Shown here in pieces: positions 18,170 through 28,587 of a DNA stretch of 64,000 bases. The first letter of the stretch is position 1, and the number at the start of each line of letters is the position of its first letter. The notes beneath the pieces are model-generated. The model was not told the DNA's origin. It did not search any database and worked only from the letters and a program-made list of their open reading frames with translations. Position numbers and translations under genes: made by a program. Source of the DNA: Candidatus Latescibacterota bacterium (lineage in GTDB: Bacteria > Latescibacterota > UBA2968 > GCA-2709665); NCBI GenBank assembly GCA_965205485.1, contig OZ242180.1, forward strand, positions 3,968,001-4,032,000. The letters are read 5' to 3'.

Positions 18170-19429
18170 GTGAGGAATCCTGTGAACCATTTCGGCAGAG
18201 TTCCGGTTGCATTGCTCGGTTTTCTTGTTTTCGGCGCGTGGGTGGATTCGCCCGCCGCCAAATCAATCTTCTCATTCAACGGCGTCGGAGATGCCGAACG
18301 TCGTGTCGACGTGCGAGCCAGAGGTATGGGAGGCGCGGGCCGCGCGCTTGCCGACAGCCAGAATTTCAGTTCGGCAAACCCTGCGCTTCTGGCCGCATTC
18401 TCGCGCGCCGGCCTGCAGAGTCGCTTTTTCGTGCAACGGCGTTCGCTCGATGACGGACAGCGTCGGCACGTGGTTTCCGACGGTGATATCGGCGCATTCC
18501 AGATTGTGCTGCCCATTCGAAGTGGTACAGTCTTCGGTGCGGGCCTGGAGCCGCTGACGGACCTGGATTTCGATCTCGTCAGGGTCGTCAGCTCCACAGC
18601 GATTCCCTACGAATTGCGGGTGAACGCAACGGGCGGGATACAGGCGTTTACCTTCGGTGCGGCACAAAGGTGGGGAAGTCTGATGCTGGGCGGAAACCTG
18701 AGTATCATTTCAATCGGGACGATCAAGGAGACGTGGACGAAAGACTTCAGTTCCAGCGGACCCAATGGAGAGTCGAAGTCTTTTCTGTTGGATTCCAATA
18801 ACCGACAGATTCCTGAACACCTGAACAGCGAGGATCGGTATGTACGCACACACCGCGGGGCCCAGCCTGCGCTTGGTGCCATATACAACCGGAACGGCGT
18901 ATGGTTTTTCGGTGCTGCGATCCGGGCCGCCACGACGGTGACGCAGACGCGCATTCTGAGGAATTTCTTTGCGGAAATAGGGTTTGAAGAGGAGACGCGC
19001 TCAACGCTGGATCTGAAAATGCCGGCCAGCGTTGGCGTCGGGCTGGCCTACCGGCCGGGATATCGTTGGCTGGCGGCGCTCGATTACGAGCGGGCCTTCT
19101 GGGAAAAAACGGAGTCGGGACGCTACAATACCACCGATCTGGCGGGTGGATTTCTCTATAGGTTCGGCGATCCGGATCGCCGCACTACGCGTCGACCCAT
19201 CGAGTTGACGGCGGGTGCTCATTACCGGTCGCTGTATTTCAAGACCGAAGGGAACGCCCAGATCGATGAGTTGGGCGTGAGTCTGGGTATTTCACTGCCG
19301 TTTGAAACCCGAGGCGCCGGCAGTTTTCGCTACGTAATTGAGTTTGGCAGACGGGGCGACGTGACCGCGCATGGCGCAACCGAGCGATTTGTCATGCAGA
19401 CGTTTTCCTTGTCTGGCTGGTTGAATTAG
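18170..19429 (+). CDS. Outer-membrane beta-barrel protein (FadL/PorV-like)
   Basis: Signal peptide, SIFSFNGVGD, RGMGGAG, ANPALL, alternating beta strands, YVIEFGRRG. Confidence 0.75.
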   Translation: MRNPVNHFGRVPVALLGFLVFGAWVDSPAAKSIFSFNGVGDAERRVDVRARGMGGAGRALADSQNFSSANPALLAAFSRAGLQSRFFVQRRSLDDGQRRHVVSDGDIGAFQIVLPIRSGTVFGAGLEPLTDLDFDLVRVVSSTAIPYELRVNATGGIQAFTFGAAQRWGSLMLGGNLSIISIGTIKETWTKDFSSSGPNGESKSFLLDSNNRQIPEHLNSEDRYVRTHRGAQPALGAIYNRNGVWFFGAAIRAATTVTQTRILRNFFAEIGFEEETRSTLDLKMPASVGVGLAYRPGYRWLAALDYERAFWEKTESGRYNTTDLAGGFLYRFGDPDRRTTRRPIELTAGAHYRSLYFKTEGNAQIDELGVSLGISLPFETRGAGSFRYVIEFGRRGDVTAHGATERFVMQTFSLSGWLN

Positions 19430-19536
19430 CGTTACAGGCAGCAGTGACTGGATTCCGTTTATTGGTAACGCCCGGCCATCCCGCCTGTGGATGGCCCCTT
19501 TATTTCCCCGAACCGCTCGAACGGAGCGCGGCCTGA

Positions 19537-19620
19537 GAAGCTGTTTTAAAATTACCGGTGAGTTCCCGACCGGCGCTTTTGTAGCCGTACGAAGACCGCT
19601 GGGAATTCTAAGACAGCTTC
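19537..19620 (+). mobile_element. MITE copy 2 (84 bp, internally deleted), TGA target-site duplication
   Basis: Same TIRs; TGA at 19534-19536 and 19621-19623; interior removed at CCGA microhomology. Confidence 0.85.
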
Positions 19621-20792
19621 TGAATACGGCTGCGATCCAACCGTTCGTAGAGGTAGAGAACGGGGGCCGTCAGCACAGGGATGGCGACGCCGCACAGAAG
19701 GACCACACCGGCGGACAGGCCGTTTCGCACTCCCGGCGCTATTGCCGGCGAGAACGCTTCGTGCAGAAGAACAAACACGAAAAACCCCTGAGGCAGCAGT
19801 TGTGCCCAGTCCCGAATGTGTAAGCTGGCCCAACGCATGGCGGACAGTCCGCCGGCGGTCTTGCCAATAATCATCGCGGCCACATAGATGCCCAGAATCG
19901 TCCAGTGAAGCGCGGAAAGTTCCAGGAGGCCGGTAAGGTCAAGGCCGGCTGCATAATACATGAGTACAACATGAGCGAGAGGTACCGACAGGGGCGCCAT
20001 TCCCCGCAGCGCGAATCCGGACCTCCCCGACCTCGCGGACACGCCCACACCTGTCACGAGCGACAGAAAAAGAGGGGATATATGCATGGTTCGAGCGGAG
20101 ACGAAAAGCGTCGCCACAATTGCGCCGAACAGGACCTGTCCGCCTATTCCGGTTCTTACCGTGTGCGTCATCCTCGCGATGAGTTCGACGCCCACCGCCC
20201 ACATTATCGCCGACGGTACCGCCCGATACAGTCCCGGTGTGCGCACGAAGAAGTCGGCGAGGAACCAGAGTGAAAGGCCCAACGTCGTAACAAGGATCGA
20301 AAAGGACAAGCCCTCGCGACGATCATGTTGAGAGATGAGCGTGATCATCGGTCCGGACATCCCGGCAAGAAGACCTAGGCGGATTGCCTGGACGACCGGA
20401 AAACCCAACAACAGAAAAAACGCCAGAAATGCCGGGATCAGCGTTGCGCCGATGGAGATTATCGCGGAGACTCCGAGATTCTTGCTGAGGAACCGGTGAT
20501 AGGAAAAACTCGCGCCAAGGTAAAGGCCGACCCAGACCTGGGCCAACTCGGCAAGTGGCGCGGTTGCAACGAATGCCTCCGTGTGGCGGATTCCGAATCC
20601 GCTCGCCAGAAGACCGAGCACAAGGGGTATAACGTGGAATGGAATGGCTGAGCCCGCCAACGTGCCCGCCAGGGTCAGCGGTACGACCAGCATGAGACCC
20701 ACGTACACCACAGGTCGGATCGAATGCGGAAAGTCGTGTTGGGCTCCCCACACAACCACGCACAAAATGACGCAGATGAGAAACCGTCTCAT
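19608..20792 (-). CDS. Multi-pass membrane protein, cation:proton antiporter (CPA2/Kef)-like
   Basis: Many TM segments; ISPLFLSLVTG, AGLDL, MIIGKTAGG, LLPQG; stop codon lies inside the MITE TIR. Confidence 0.65.
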   Translation of the reverse strand: MRRFLICVILCVVVWGAQHDFPHSIRPVVYVGLMLVVPLTLAGTLAGSAIPFHVIPLVLGLLASGFGIRHTEAFVATAPLAELAQVWVGLYLGASFSYHRFLSKNLGVSAIISIGATLIPAFLAFFLLLGFPVVQAIRLGLLAGMSGPMITLISQHDRREGLSFSILVTTLGLSLWFLADFFVRTPGLYRAVPSAIMWAVGVELIARMTHTVRTGIGGQVLFGAIVATLFVSARTMHISPLFLSLVTGVGVSARSGRSGFALRGMAPLSVPLAHVVLMYYAAGLDLTGLLELSALHWTILGIYVAAMIIGKTAGGLSAMRWASLHIRDWAQLLPQGFFVFVLLHEAFSPAIAPGVRNGLSAGVVLLCGVAIPVLTAPVLYLYERLDRSRIQKLS

Positions 20793-20816
20793 ACGATGTC
20801 AACCGTACGTTTCGCG

Positions 20817-22025
20817 TCAGGCGGAAACGTCTCGAGGTTTGGGCAGCGGGGTCGCCTGCCCGATAGCGGCCGCAACAAGAATGGCGGCGATAAGGGCGTA
20901 CAGGTTCGGCCCCGAATCCAGCAAGAGCAGCTGAGCGACGAGGGCGACGGACAAGGTCCCGAGCGGCCTGAGCGCGGAGCCGATGATTTCGGTCAGCGAA
21001 AGATGGCAGCGGGTCGCCCGCGCGGCAACCGTCACGCTGATGCCTCTCGCCAGACTTCTGGCGACCAGAAACAGAAAGGCGAATGCGGTCAATCGTAAAA
21101 CAGGCAGGTTCTGTGTCGCAAGCAGGCCGCCGATAACCACGAAAAAGACGGGCTGCAGGATACCGGTGGTCTTCTCCAGGATTTCAAGCGCAACCCGTCG
21201 CCGCGTGGTGGTGTTGATGAACCAGACGCCTGAAATGAACCCAACCACAACCCCCGGAATCGCCTTGCCTGCGCAGAGTCCTCCAAACGTAGCGACGATA
21301 CCGGTCGCGACAATCGCGCATACGACATCCTCCTGAAAGGTGCTGAAGACAAAGGTCAGCAGCAGCCCCAGAAGAATTCCGGCACACGCGTATAGGGCAA
21401 GGAAACTGCTGGTACTCACCAATGTGAACGGTCCCAGTTCGATGACGGCGACGCCCGCACAGTATGGATACAGGACCGTAAGAAGCGTCATCCCCGCCGC
21501 GTTGGTGATGAGCGGTCCCGCCGGCGCATTGTCAACGTCGGGTGTTTCAAGTTCGGACCGGGCGTAAAAGATTCGATCCGGCATACGCAGCGTGGTCGCC
21601 ACCGCGCCCAACAGCAACGCAACGAGGGCGGGTTCGGCGGCGATGCCCATTTGATACCGCAACACAGGCCTCCATAACAGGGCAAGGGAAAAGACCAGGG
21701 CGGCGGTTCCCGCGACCTGAAGGCCTTCGAGCGCGTGGAATCGCGACGCCCGCCTTCCCAGGCGCCTGAAATCGAACCGAAGACCCGCGACAATTCCGAT
21801 CCACACCAGAATGACGCCCAACAGTTCCCTTTGTATGTCTTCAATGACAGCAGCCAGATCGTAGTCCATCGTCAGGGCGATGCCGGTGGCGATACCGATC
21901 GGAACGAAATGCAGGTGGTTGGCTCGCAGACTGTCCAGCGGTGCGGCGAGCCACCGTCGCACGAACAGGTGGCGGCAGATCAGGCAGATAACGTAGATGA
22001 GGTAGATGCTGGCAATGATTCGCAT
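20817..22025 (-). CDS. Multi-pass membrane protein, cation:proton antiporter-like
   Basis: WIGIVAGLRFD, GFISG, LQPVFFVVIGG, PLGTLSVAL; probable ATG at 22025 after GGAGG. Confidence 0.65.
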   Translation of the reverse strand: MRIIASIYLIYVICLICRHLFVRRWLAAPLDSLRANHLHFVPIGIATGIALTMDYDLAAVIEDIQRELLGVILVWIGIVAGLRFDFRRLGRRASRFHALEGLQVAGTAALVFSLALLWRPVLRYQMGIAAEPALVALLLGAVATTLRMPDRIFYARSELETPDVDNAPAGPLITNAAGMTLLTVLYPYCAGVAVIELGPFTLVSTSSFLALYACAGILLGLLLTFVFSTFQEDVVCAIVATGIVATFGGLCAGKAIPGVVVGFISGVWFINTTTRRRVALEILEKTTGILQPVFFVVIGGLLATQNLPVLRLTAFAFLFLVARSLARGISVTVAARATRCHLSLTEIIGSALRPLGTLSVALVAQLLLLDSGPNLYALIAAILVAAAIGQATPLPKPRDVSA

Positions 22026-22141
22026 GTGCTGTACTCGTTTTCCTCCGTCCGGATGTCGCGGCGGTGAATCCGTGTACGGAGTATAGCCCCTGGCCGATAC
22101 CAAGTCAAGTTCGAAGTCCCTGATCGATGGAATCCATCTTC

Positions 22142-22170
22142 TTGACAGGCCTGGTGTTTTGGTATATATT
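22142..22170 (+). promoter_or_regulatory. Sigma70 promoter for hprK
   Basis: TTGACA-17 bp-TATATT. Confidence 0.6.
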
Positions 22171-22309
22171 CGCATCCTGCAAGAACCTATTAATTTTCAG
22201 GTTATGTGCGTAGGTCCGAGGGTTGACCAACGCAACCCCGGGCATACGGATTGTGTCTTTGCGTGCCGGGTATTCGGGCTCGCAGCCACGCTCAGCCGCG
22301 GAGCGCCGT

Positions 22310-23278
22310 GTGCAGGAAATCACGATCGCCGAAGTCCTGGAACAGTTCGGCGAAAAGCTGGCCCTGAAATTGATCGCCGGCAAAGACTGTAAGGACAAGG
22401 CGCTGACGTCCAGCGATGTACACCGACCCGGTCTCGTGCTTGCCGGATTCGTGGGTCTGTTTACGTTCGATCGGGCACAGGTACTCGGTAACTCGGAAAT
22501 GTTGTACCTCGATGGCCTCTCACCCCGCAGACTCCGGACGGTACTGGAGACGGTGTTTCAGTTCGACATCCCCTGCGTGGTGGTAACCGACGGAAACGAG
22601 GTGCCGCGGACCATGGTGGATCTGGCCGGGCAGCGCGGGATTCCCTTGATGGTCACGCCATTCTCCACGACTAAGTTTTCCCATCTCTTCTCGTACTACC
22701 TGGACGACGTATTCGCGCCCCGGACCGCCATTCATGGATCTCTTGTCGATGTTTACGGAATCGGTCTTCTGTTTACCGGTCGAAGCGGTATCGGCAAGAG
22801 TGAAATCGCGCTGGATCTCGTCGAGCGTGGGCACCGCCTGGTTGCCGACGACATCGTGCTGGTGTCCAGAAAACTCCAGGGCATACTCGTCGGCACCTGC
22901 GGCGATACGCTTCGGGATCACATGGAAGTCCGCGGTCTGGGTATTCTGAACGTCAGGCACATGTTCGGTATCGCCGCCTTTCGAATTCAGAAACGGGTCG
23001 AGGTCGTGGTCCAGCTTGTGGAGTGGGACGAGACCGAATCCTACGAGCGTGTCGGGTTGGAGGAGGACTGGGTGTCGATTCTCGACGTGGAGATTCCGCA
23101 GGTGACCGTACCGATCTATCCGGGCAAGAACATTACGGTCATTGCCGAAGCCATTGCATTGAATTATCAGCTCAAGATTCAGGGTTACCATACGGCGCGG
23201 GAGTTCAATCAGAGATTGATCGACAAAATCAGCCGTAAGGGTGCTTTGGAGATGCCGATTCGAGCAGACATCGAGTAG
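22310..23278 (+). CDS. hprK: HPr(Ser) kinase/phosphorylase
   Basis: HRPGL.LAG, HGSLVDVYGIG, GRSGIGKSE, GHRLVADD, MEVRGLGI, PGKN. Confidence 0.96.
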   Translation: MQEITIAEVLEQFGEKLALKLIAGKDCKDKALTSSDVHRPGLVLAGFVGLFTFDRAQVLGNSEMLYLDGLSPRRLRTVLETVFQFDIPCVVVTDGNEVPRTMVDLAGQRGIPLMVTPFSTTKFSHLFSYYLDDVFAPRTAIHGSLVDVYGIGLLFTGRSGIGKSEIALDLVERGHRLVADDIVLVSRKLQGILVGTCGDTLRDHMEVRGLGILNVRHMFGIAAFRIQKRVEVVVQLVEWDETESYERVGLEEDWVSILDVEIPQVTVPIYPGKNITVIAEAIALNYQLKIQGYHTAREFNQRLIDKISRKGALEMPIRADIE

Positions 23279-23397
23279 CCCGGTCGTATTCCGGCCGCTC
23301 GAATACAACGGCTCGCGAGACGTTGCGAACTTACCGCCCGGCATATGTCCGGCTGCGCAAATCGGGCGCCGGAGTTCAAACCAGGGAGCGATGCGTA

Positions 23398-24318
23398 ATG
23401 ACGAGAGCGATTGCTGTCATCCTGTGTCTGGCGGTTTGCGCCGGATGCGACAATGAAGCCGCGCGCAGGGAGAAAAAGGCACAGCGTCTGTATTATGTGG
23501 TATTCAGAGACCTGGAAGAACGGATGGATTCCCTGCCGACGACGATCGAGCAGTACGGCGGGATCGCCAGGGAATTCGGGGATACACCGACCGGGAAAAA
23601 GGCGGCAAATCGTCATGGCCAGCTTTTGAGAGCCCAGGTCTTGCTGGCGGGTGCGGACTCCCTCGGTGAAGGCGAGTGGGCGCCATTGTATTCTCGCGTG
23701 GATTCCGTTGCGCCGGGATACCCGCCGGTTGTCCGCGCGCTGGGTCGGCATTATTACAACAATATCTACCAGAGTGCGCGATCCGGCGCGATGACGGGCC
23801 ATCCGTGGATAATACAGAGCGTACTGAACGTCTGGGGGCTCCAGGACAGTCTCTGGTCGAAGTACGAATTCCGTCCAACCGAGGCCGACAAAGCCTGGCG
23901 TGACCGATTGTGCCGGCAGGCGACCGACGTCGCGCGGATGCTGGAAAGCGCCAGGCGCTATCCCGAAGCGCTTCGGGTCGTGAACCGCGGGCTGGAATAT
24001 GGCGTCGGAGACGACGCGATCGCCCATGCAAGGGTATTCGCGTCCTATTACACGTTCAGGTCCGCACGCTACGAGGAAGGCGTCGACCTTGCCAGGAAAG
24101 CGCTGGACTATGAGTTTCTCGGGAAGGAAGACAGAGCCAGGGCGCACCATGTCATCGGTCTGTGCTTCTGGCGTCTGTCGGAGCGGCGCAATGATTCGGC
24201 GGATCTGCAACACGCAATCGACGCGTTGAATGAGGCGTTGCGGATCGATCCGGGTCTCACGCCCGTGAAGGAGCTGCTGAAGGAGCTTCGCCTGTATCAG
24301 AAGCGGAATCCCGCGTAG
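23398..24318 (+). CDS. TPR-containing lipoprotein
   Basis: Lipobox CAGC; C-terminal TPR-like helices (ARAHHVIGLC...ALRIDP). Confidence 0.7.
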   Translation: MTRAIAVILCLAVCAGCDNEAARREKKAQRLYYVVFRDLEERMDSLPTTIEQYGGIAREFGDTPTGKKAANRHGQLLRAQVLLAGADSLGEGEWAPLYSRVDSVAPGYPPVVRALGRHYYNNIYQSARSGAMTGHPWIIQSVLNVWGLQDSLWSKYEFRPTEADKAWRDRLCRQATDVARMLESARRYPEALRVVNRGLEYGVGDDAIAHARVFASYYTFRSARYEEGVDLARKALDYEFLGKEDRARAHHVIGLCFWRLSERRNDSADLQHAIDALNEALRIDPGLTPVKELLKELRLYQKRNPA

Positions 24319-24423
24319 TATGAATGATTCGCATCGGTCATTGCGCGCGCCCGTCCGCCACGGAGGCGGGCAGCGAAGAGTGCCGGTAGGTGACCGGGCG
24401 CCGAATGGAGATTGAATCGGGGT

Positions 24424-25731
24424 ATGGGAACGGTCGTATGCAAATTCGGCGGGAGTTCGCTGGCCGACGACCGGCAGGTGGAACAGGTCAGGCGGATTAT
24501 CGAATCGGATTCACGAAGGTGTCTTGTCGTACCCTCCGCGCCCGGAAAGCGCGACGACTCGGATACGAAAATTACGGACCTGCTCTACCTGTGCCACGAA
24601 CTGGCCAGGCAGAGTCTGGATTTTTCGCAACCCTTCGCGATGGTACGCGCGAGATACGAAGAGCTGGCGGCAAAACTGGGCATCTCTCTCAATATCGGCC
24701 GGCTGCTCGACCAGCTGAAAGTGAATATTGACAACGGAGCATCCCGGGATTATGTCGCTTCGAGGGGAGAGTTTCTTTGCGGTCAGGTGATCTCCGATTA
24801 TCTGGGCGCGAACTTCATCGACGCGGCGGAGGTCATCCGTTTTCGCGCGGACGGCGAACTGGACCCCGCAAGTTACCGCCTTATCCGGGAACGGGTTGAC
24901 GGCAGCGGTATGTTCGTCATTCCCGGATTCTACGGCAGCGATCCGGAAGGCGCGGCGCGGACGTTTTCGCGAGGCGGTTCCGATATCACCGGCGCAGTGG
25001 TGGCGCGGGCCGTCGATGCCGAGGTCTACGAGAACTGGACCGACGTATCGGGCCTGCTGATGGCCGATCCGGGCCTGGTGCCCGATGCGCGGCCGGTTCG
25101 TGAAATCACGTATCGCGAGGTCCGTGAACTGGCTTATATGGGGGCATCGGTTTTCCACGACGAGGCCATGTTTCCCGTACGCGCGGCGGGGATTCCCATC
25201 CATATCCGTAATACGAACCGGCCCCTGGATCCCGGAACCCGCATCCTGGCACGGAGGGAACTGACAGCCGATCTCATTGCCGGTGTGGCCGGGCAGCCGG
25301 CATTTACGATGCTGTTTATCGAAAAGGCGATGATGAACCAGCAGAAGGGGTTCGGCCGGCAGGTGCTCGAGGTGGTGGCTTCGCACGATATCAGTTACGA
25401 ACATACGCCGTCCGGTATCGACACGATGTCAGTAATCATGCGGGACGACCAACTGGGCGGGAAGGGAGAGCGCCTCGTCGACGATATTCAGCGAATTCTG
25501 CAGCCGGATCGCGTGGAACTGCTAACGGGGTTGGCGCTCATAGCAACGGTTGGCGAAGGCATGTCGCATCGTATCGGAATCGCCGCGCGTTTGTTCACCG
25601 CGCTCGCGGATGCACGCGTCAATGTCCGGGTGATCGATCAGGGCGCATCCGAAATCAATATCATCGTAGGTGTGGAAGAGGCGGACTACAAGCGCGCTGT
25701 ACGCGCGATATACAATGCTTTTGTTGACTGA
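24424..25731 (+). CDS. lysC: Aspartate kinase
   Basis: KFGGSSLAD, SAPGKR, ASRGE, FSRGGSDITGA, YENWTDVSG, ACT domains. Confidence 0.95.
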   Translation: MGTVVCKFGGSSLADDRQVEQVRRIIESDSRRCLVVPSAPGKRDDSDTKITDLLYLCHELARQSLDFSQPFAMVRARYEELAAKLGISLNIGRLLDQLKVNIDNGASRDYVASRGEFLCGQVISDYLGANFIDAAEVIRFRADGELDPASYRLIRERVDGSGMFVIPGFYGSDPEGAARTFSRGGSDITGAVVARAVDAEVYENWTDVSGLLMADPGLVPDARPVREITYREVRELAYMGASVFHDEAMFPVRAAGIPIHIRNTNRPLDPGTRILARRELTADLIAGVAGQPAFTMLFIEKAMMNQQKGFGRQVLEVVASHDISYEHTPSGIDTMSVIMRDDQLGGKGERLVDDIQRILQPDRVELLTGLALIATVGEGMSHRIGIAARLFTALADARVNVRVIDQGASEINIIVGVEEADYKRAVRAIYNAFVD

Positions 25732-25754
25732 TCCGCGACCATGCGTCAATCCTG

Positions 25755-25786
25755 AAAAAGGGGCTTCCTCAAAGGAAGCCCCTTTT
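25755..25786. terminator. Bidirectional intrinsic terminator
   Basis: AAAAAGGGGCTTCCT-loop-AGGAAGCCCCTTTT between convergent genes. Confidence 0.85.
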
Positions 25787-25822
25787 GGGTTTGGCGTGCA
25801 ATCGAGCACTGGATTCGAGTCG

Positions 25823-27076
25823 TCAGACCCGGTCATTTTCCCTGACCGGCGAACGGGATGCCGCCTTGTACCTGCTGTCGAATCCTTCGCTTCCGTCGTC
25901 GGGTTCGATCGTCAGAATCGAGCCGGGTTCCGAAATCGGCTGCGCGTCTTCAACGTAGATCCGGTGAAGGTCCTGGCGGTTGCAGGCGTAGCATGTGGCT
26001 TCTCCATTGGCACGGGCGTACCTGTATAGATGACGCGGCGCGTCGACCCAGGCATGGGAGACTGCATATCGCGTTAACGCGTCAGCGTCGACGTCGATGC
26101 CCAGACCCGGCGCTTCGGGCACTCTGTAGAATCCGCCTCGCACGTCATGGGGCGCGGCGATCAGTGCGTGTTCCCAGATGTTCATACAGGTGATGGCCGG
26201 CCATCTGGCCTGCGGCAGTACCGCTCCGAGGTGCGCCGCCCACGCCGTTGTAATCCCGGTACCGACCAGCTGCAGCCAGAAGGGCTTGTTGGCTTCTTCG
26301 CACACGGCGGCCTGCCTCAACAGCCGCGACGCGCCGGCGCACAGCACGAAGCCGTCCGTCACGTCCTCCTTCAATGCAGTGATTGCCGGCGGGCTTCCGT
26401 AATGCATCGCCAGAGGCCGATTGAATCGCGTACGGATCTGCCGGTTGCCTGCCACGTCGTTCTGGGGTATCGGCGTTTCTACCATCGCGATCTCGGGATA
26501 GGCCTCCAACGCCTTCAGGTGGGGTACGGCGTTTGCCGAATTGCCCAGCGTACCGTTGTAGTCAATGTCGAGATGGAACCCGTCCGGGACCACTTCCCGC
26601 ACGGCTTGCACCGATGCGTGCAGATCGAACCACGGCCTGGCTTTGAGTTTGGCGCTCATATATCCGGTGTTTACGGCCTGACGGCATTCTTCCGCCCAGT
26701 CGCCGGGCGGCATGTCCATGTGCCACCAGGAGATCGGGCACCAGTCCCGGACCTTTGTGCCGAGCAACCGGTAGACCGGCACGCCAAGGCTTTTACCCAC
26801 GGCATCGAACAGCGCCATTTGAACGCCTGCGCCCAGATTATCGTCCCACATCAACTCTGCGGCGGGCCGCTCCAGGATGCGACTTTCGATCCCTTCGGGC
26901 ACCTGCGACCATGTATAGTTGTGGACGGTTTCACCGTAACCCACAATACCGCTATCCATCGTGAGACGGCAAATCTGGATGATACGCCACTGGGGCAGCC
27001 AGTATTGGAGGTGTTCATTGCTGTGCGGCGTGAACGGCACGTCCAGGAACGTGATTTCGACCTCTTTGACCTGCAT
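25823..27076 (-). CDS. Mandelate racemase/muconate lactonizing enzyme (enolase superfamily)
   Basis: GYGET, ALFDAVGK.LGVPVYRLLG, KLKARP, D.D.N, ETPI, PEAPGLG; ATG after GAGGAG. Confidence 0.9.
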   Translation of the reverse strand: MQVKEVEITFLDVPFTPHSNEHLQYWLPQWRIIQICRLTMDSGIVGYGETVHNYTWSQVPEGIESRILERPAAELMWDDNLGAGVQMALFDAVGKSLGVPVYRLLGTKVRDWCPISWWHMDMPPGDWAEECRQAVNTGYMSAKLKARPWFDLHASVQAVREVVPDGFHLDIDYNGTLGNSANAVPHLKALEAYPEIAMVETPIPQNDVAGNRQIRTRFNRPLAMHYGSPPAITALKEDVTDGFVLCAGASRLLRQAAVCEEANKPFWLQLVGTGITTAWAAHLGAVLPQARWPAITCMNIWEHALIAAPHDVRGGFYRVPEAPGLGIDVDADALTRYAVSHAWVDAPRHLYRYARANGEATCYACNRQDLHRIYVEDAQPISEPGSILTIEPDDGSEGFDSRYKAASRSPVRENDRV

Positions 27077-27099
27077 CGGGATTCTCCTCGGGAATTGGA

Positions 27100-28587
27100 T
27101 CAATGCCGGATGCCGAGGCGCGACTCCAGTTTCCTGGTAACGGTTTTCAGCACCCTGATTCTGGCATAATACTTCGAGTTGGATTCGACAATCACCCACG
27201 GTGCGTTCGGTGTGCTGGTCCGATGGATCATCTCTTCCACCGCTTTCTCGTATGCATCCCACTTCTCCCGGTTTCTCCAGTCTTCGTCCGCGAGCTTCCA
27301 CCGCTTGTGGGGGTTCTTCTTCCGGTCCTTGAACCGGCTGAGCTGTTCGTCTTTGTCCACGTGCATCCAGAACTTGAGAATGACGGCGCCAAAGTTCGTC
27401 AGGTGTTCTTCCATTTCGTTGATTTCCCGGTAGGCGCGTTTCCACTCGGATTCCGAACAGAATCCCTCGATGCGTTCAACCAGGACCCTCCCGTACCAGG
27501 AGCGGTCGAAAATCGTGATGTGTCCGGTCTTGGGCATTCGGTTCCAGAATCGCCAGAGATAATGGTGATCCATCTCAATGTCGTTTGGCGCCGCAACGGG
27601 AATGACTTCATACCCTCTGGGGTCCATATTCTCCACAAGGCGTTTGATATTGCCGCCCTTGCCCGCCGCGTCCCAACCTTCGTAGACGAGCACAACCGGG
27701 ATGCGGCGGCGGTGGACCTCGTGTTCCAGGTTCTTGATACGGGCCTGGTACTTCTTGAGGGCCTTGCGATAGTCGGATTTCTTCATGGATTTCGACAGAT
27801 CGACCTTCTTCAGCAAGCCGGAAGGGGTTTTTTCGAGTTTGGGCGGCGATGGCCGGGCTGAGTCGTCGGCGTTCTCCAGTTGACGAATTCTGGCTTCGAC
27901 GGCGTCGATAACAGTCCTGAAGATCGTTATGTTTGCGGACCGCCAGTTATCGGCTCCCAACGGCGTCCACGGCGCAAACTCGGAATGTGTCCCTTCCAGC
28001 ATTTCCGTGGCCACTGCCAGGCACTCCCGGTAGTTCTCGTGCTTCTGCCAGTCGTAGTCGGTTACGCGCCAGGCCGTCGACGGGCTGCTCTGAAGCTTCA
28101 TGAACCGTTTCCTCTGTTCGGCCTGTGAGATGTGCAGAAAGATCTTGACGATAACCGTGCCCGCGTCGACGAGCTGTTTCTCAAAGGATCTGATTTCGCC
28201 GTAAGCCCGATTCCAGTCCTGTTCGGTGATCGTCTGGTCCATTCGTTCCACGAGAAAGCGTCCATACCAGGAACGGTTGAAAATCGCGATTCTCCCGCCC
28301 TCGGGAATCTTCGTCCAGAAACGCCACAGGAACGGCTTTCTGCGCTCTTCCTCGTTGGCCGGATGCGTCGGGTACACGGTAAAGCCACGGGGATCAAGCG
28401 CCAGGAGGAGCTTGTTGGTCTGCGTACCCTTGCCTGACGCCTCGAGACCCTCGAAGACAACGACAATCGGGATCTTCCACTTTCTGGCGTTTCGCTGAAG
28501 TTGCCCGAGTCTCAGTTCGAGGCCCGGTATGACTTCCTTATATTTCGATTTTGCCACTTTTCGCGAAAGATCGACGGTGTCGAGCAT
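27100..28587 (-). CDS. pap: Polyphosphate:AMP phosphotransferase (two-domain PPK2)
   Basis: Two PPK2 domains: EGLEASGKG / EGWDAAGKGG, LDPRG / MDPRG, FNRSWYG / FDRSWYG. Confidence 0.93.
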   Translation of the reverse strand: MLDTVDLSRKVAKSKYKEVIPGLELRLGQLQRNARKWKIPIVVVFEGLEASGKGTQTNKLLLALDPRGFTVYPTHPANEEERRKPFLWRFWTKIPEGGRIAIFNRSWYGRFLVERMDQTITEQDWNRAYGEIRSFEKQLVDAGTVIVKIFLHISQAEQRKRFMKLQSSPSTAWRVTDYDWQKHENYRECLAVATEMLEGTHSEFAPWTPLGADNWRSANITIFRTVIDAVEARIRQLENADDSARPSPPKLEKTPSGLLKKVDLSKSMKKSDYRKALKKYQARIKNLEHEVHRRRIPVVLVYEGWDAAGKGGNIKRLVENMDPRGYEVIPVAAPNDIEMDHHYLWRFWNRMPKTGHITIFDRSWYGRVLVERIEGFCSESEWKRAYREINEMEEHLTNFGAVILKFWMHVDKDEQLSRFKDRKKNPHKRWKLADEDWRNREKWDAYEKAVEEMIHRTSTPNAPWVIVESNSKYYARIRVLKTVTRKLESRLGIRH

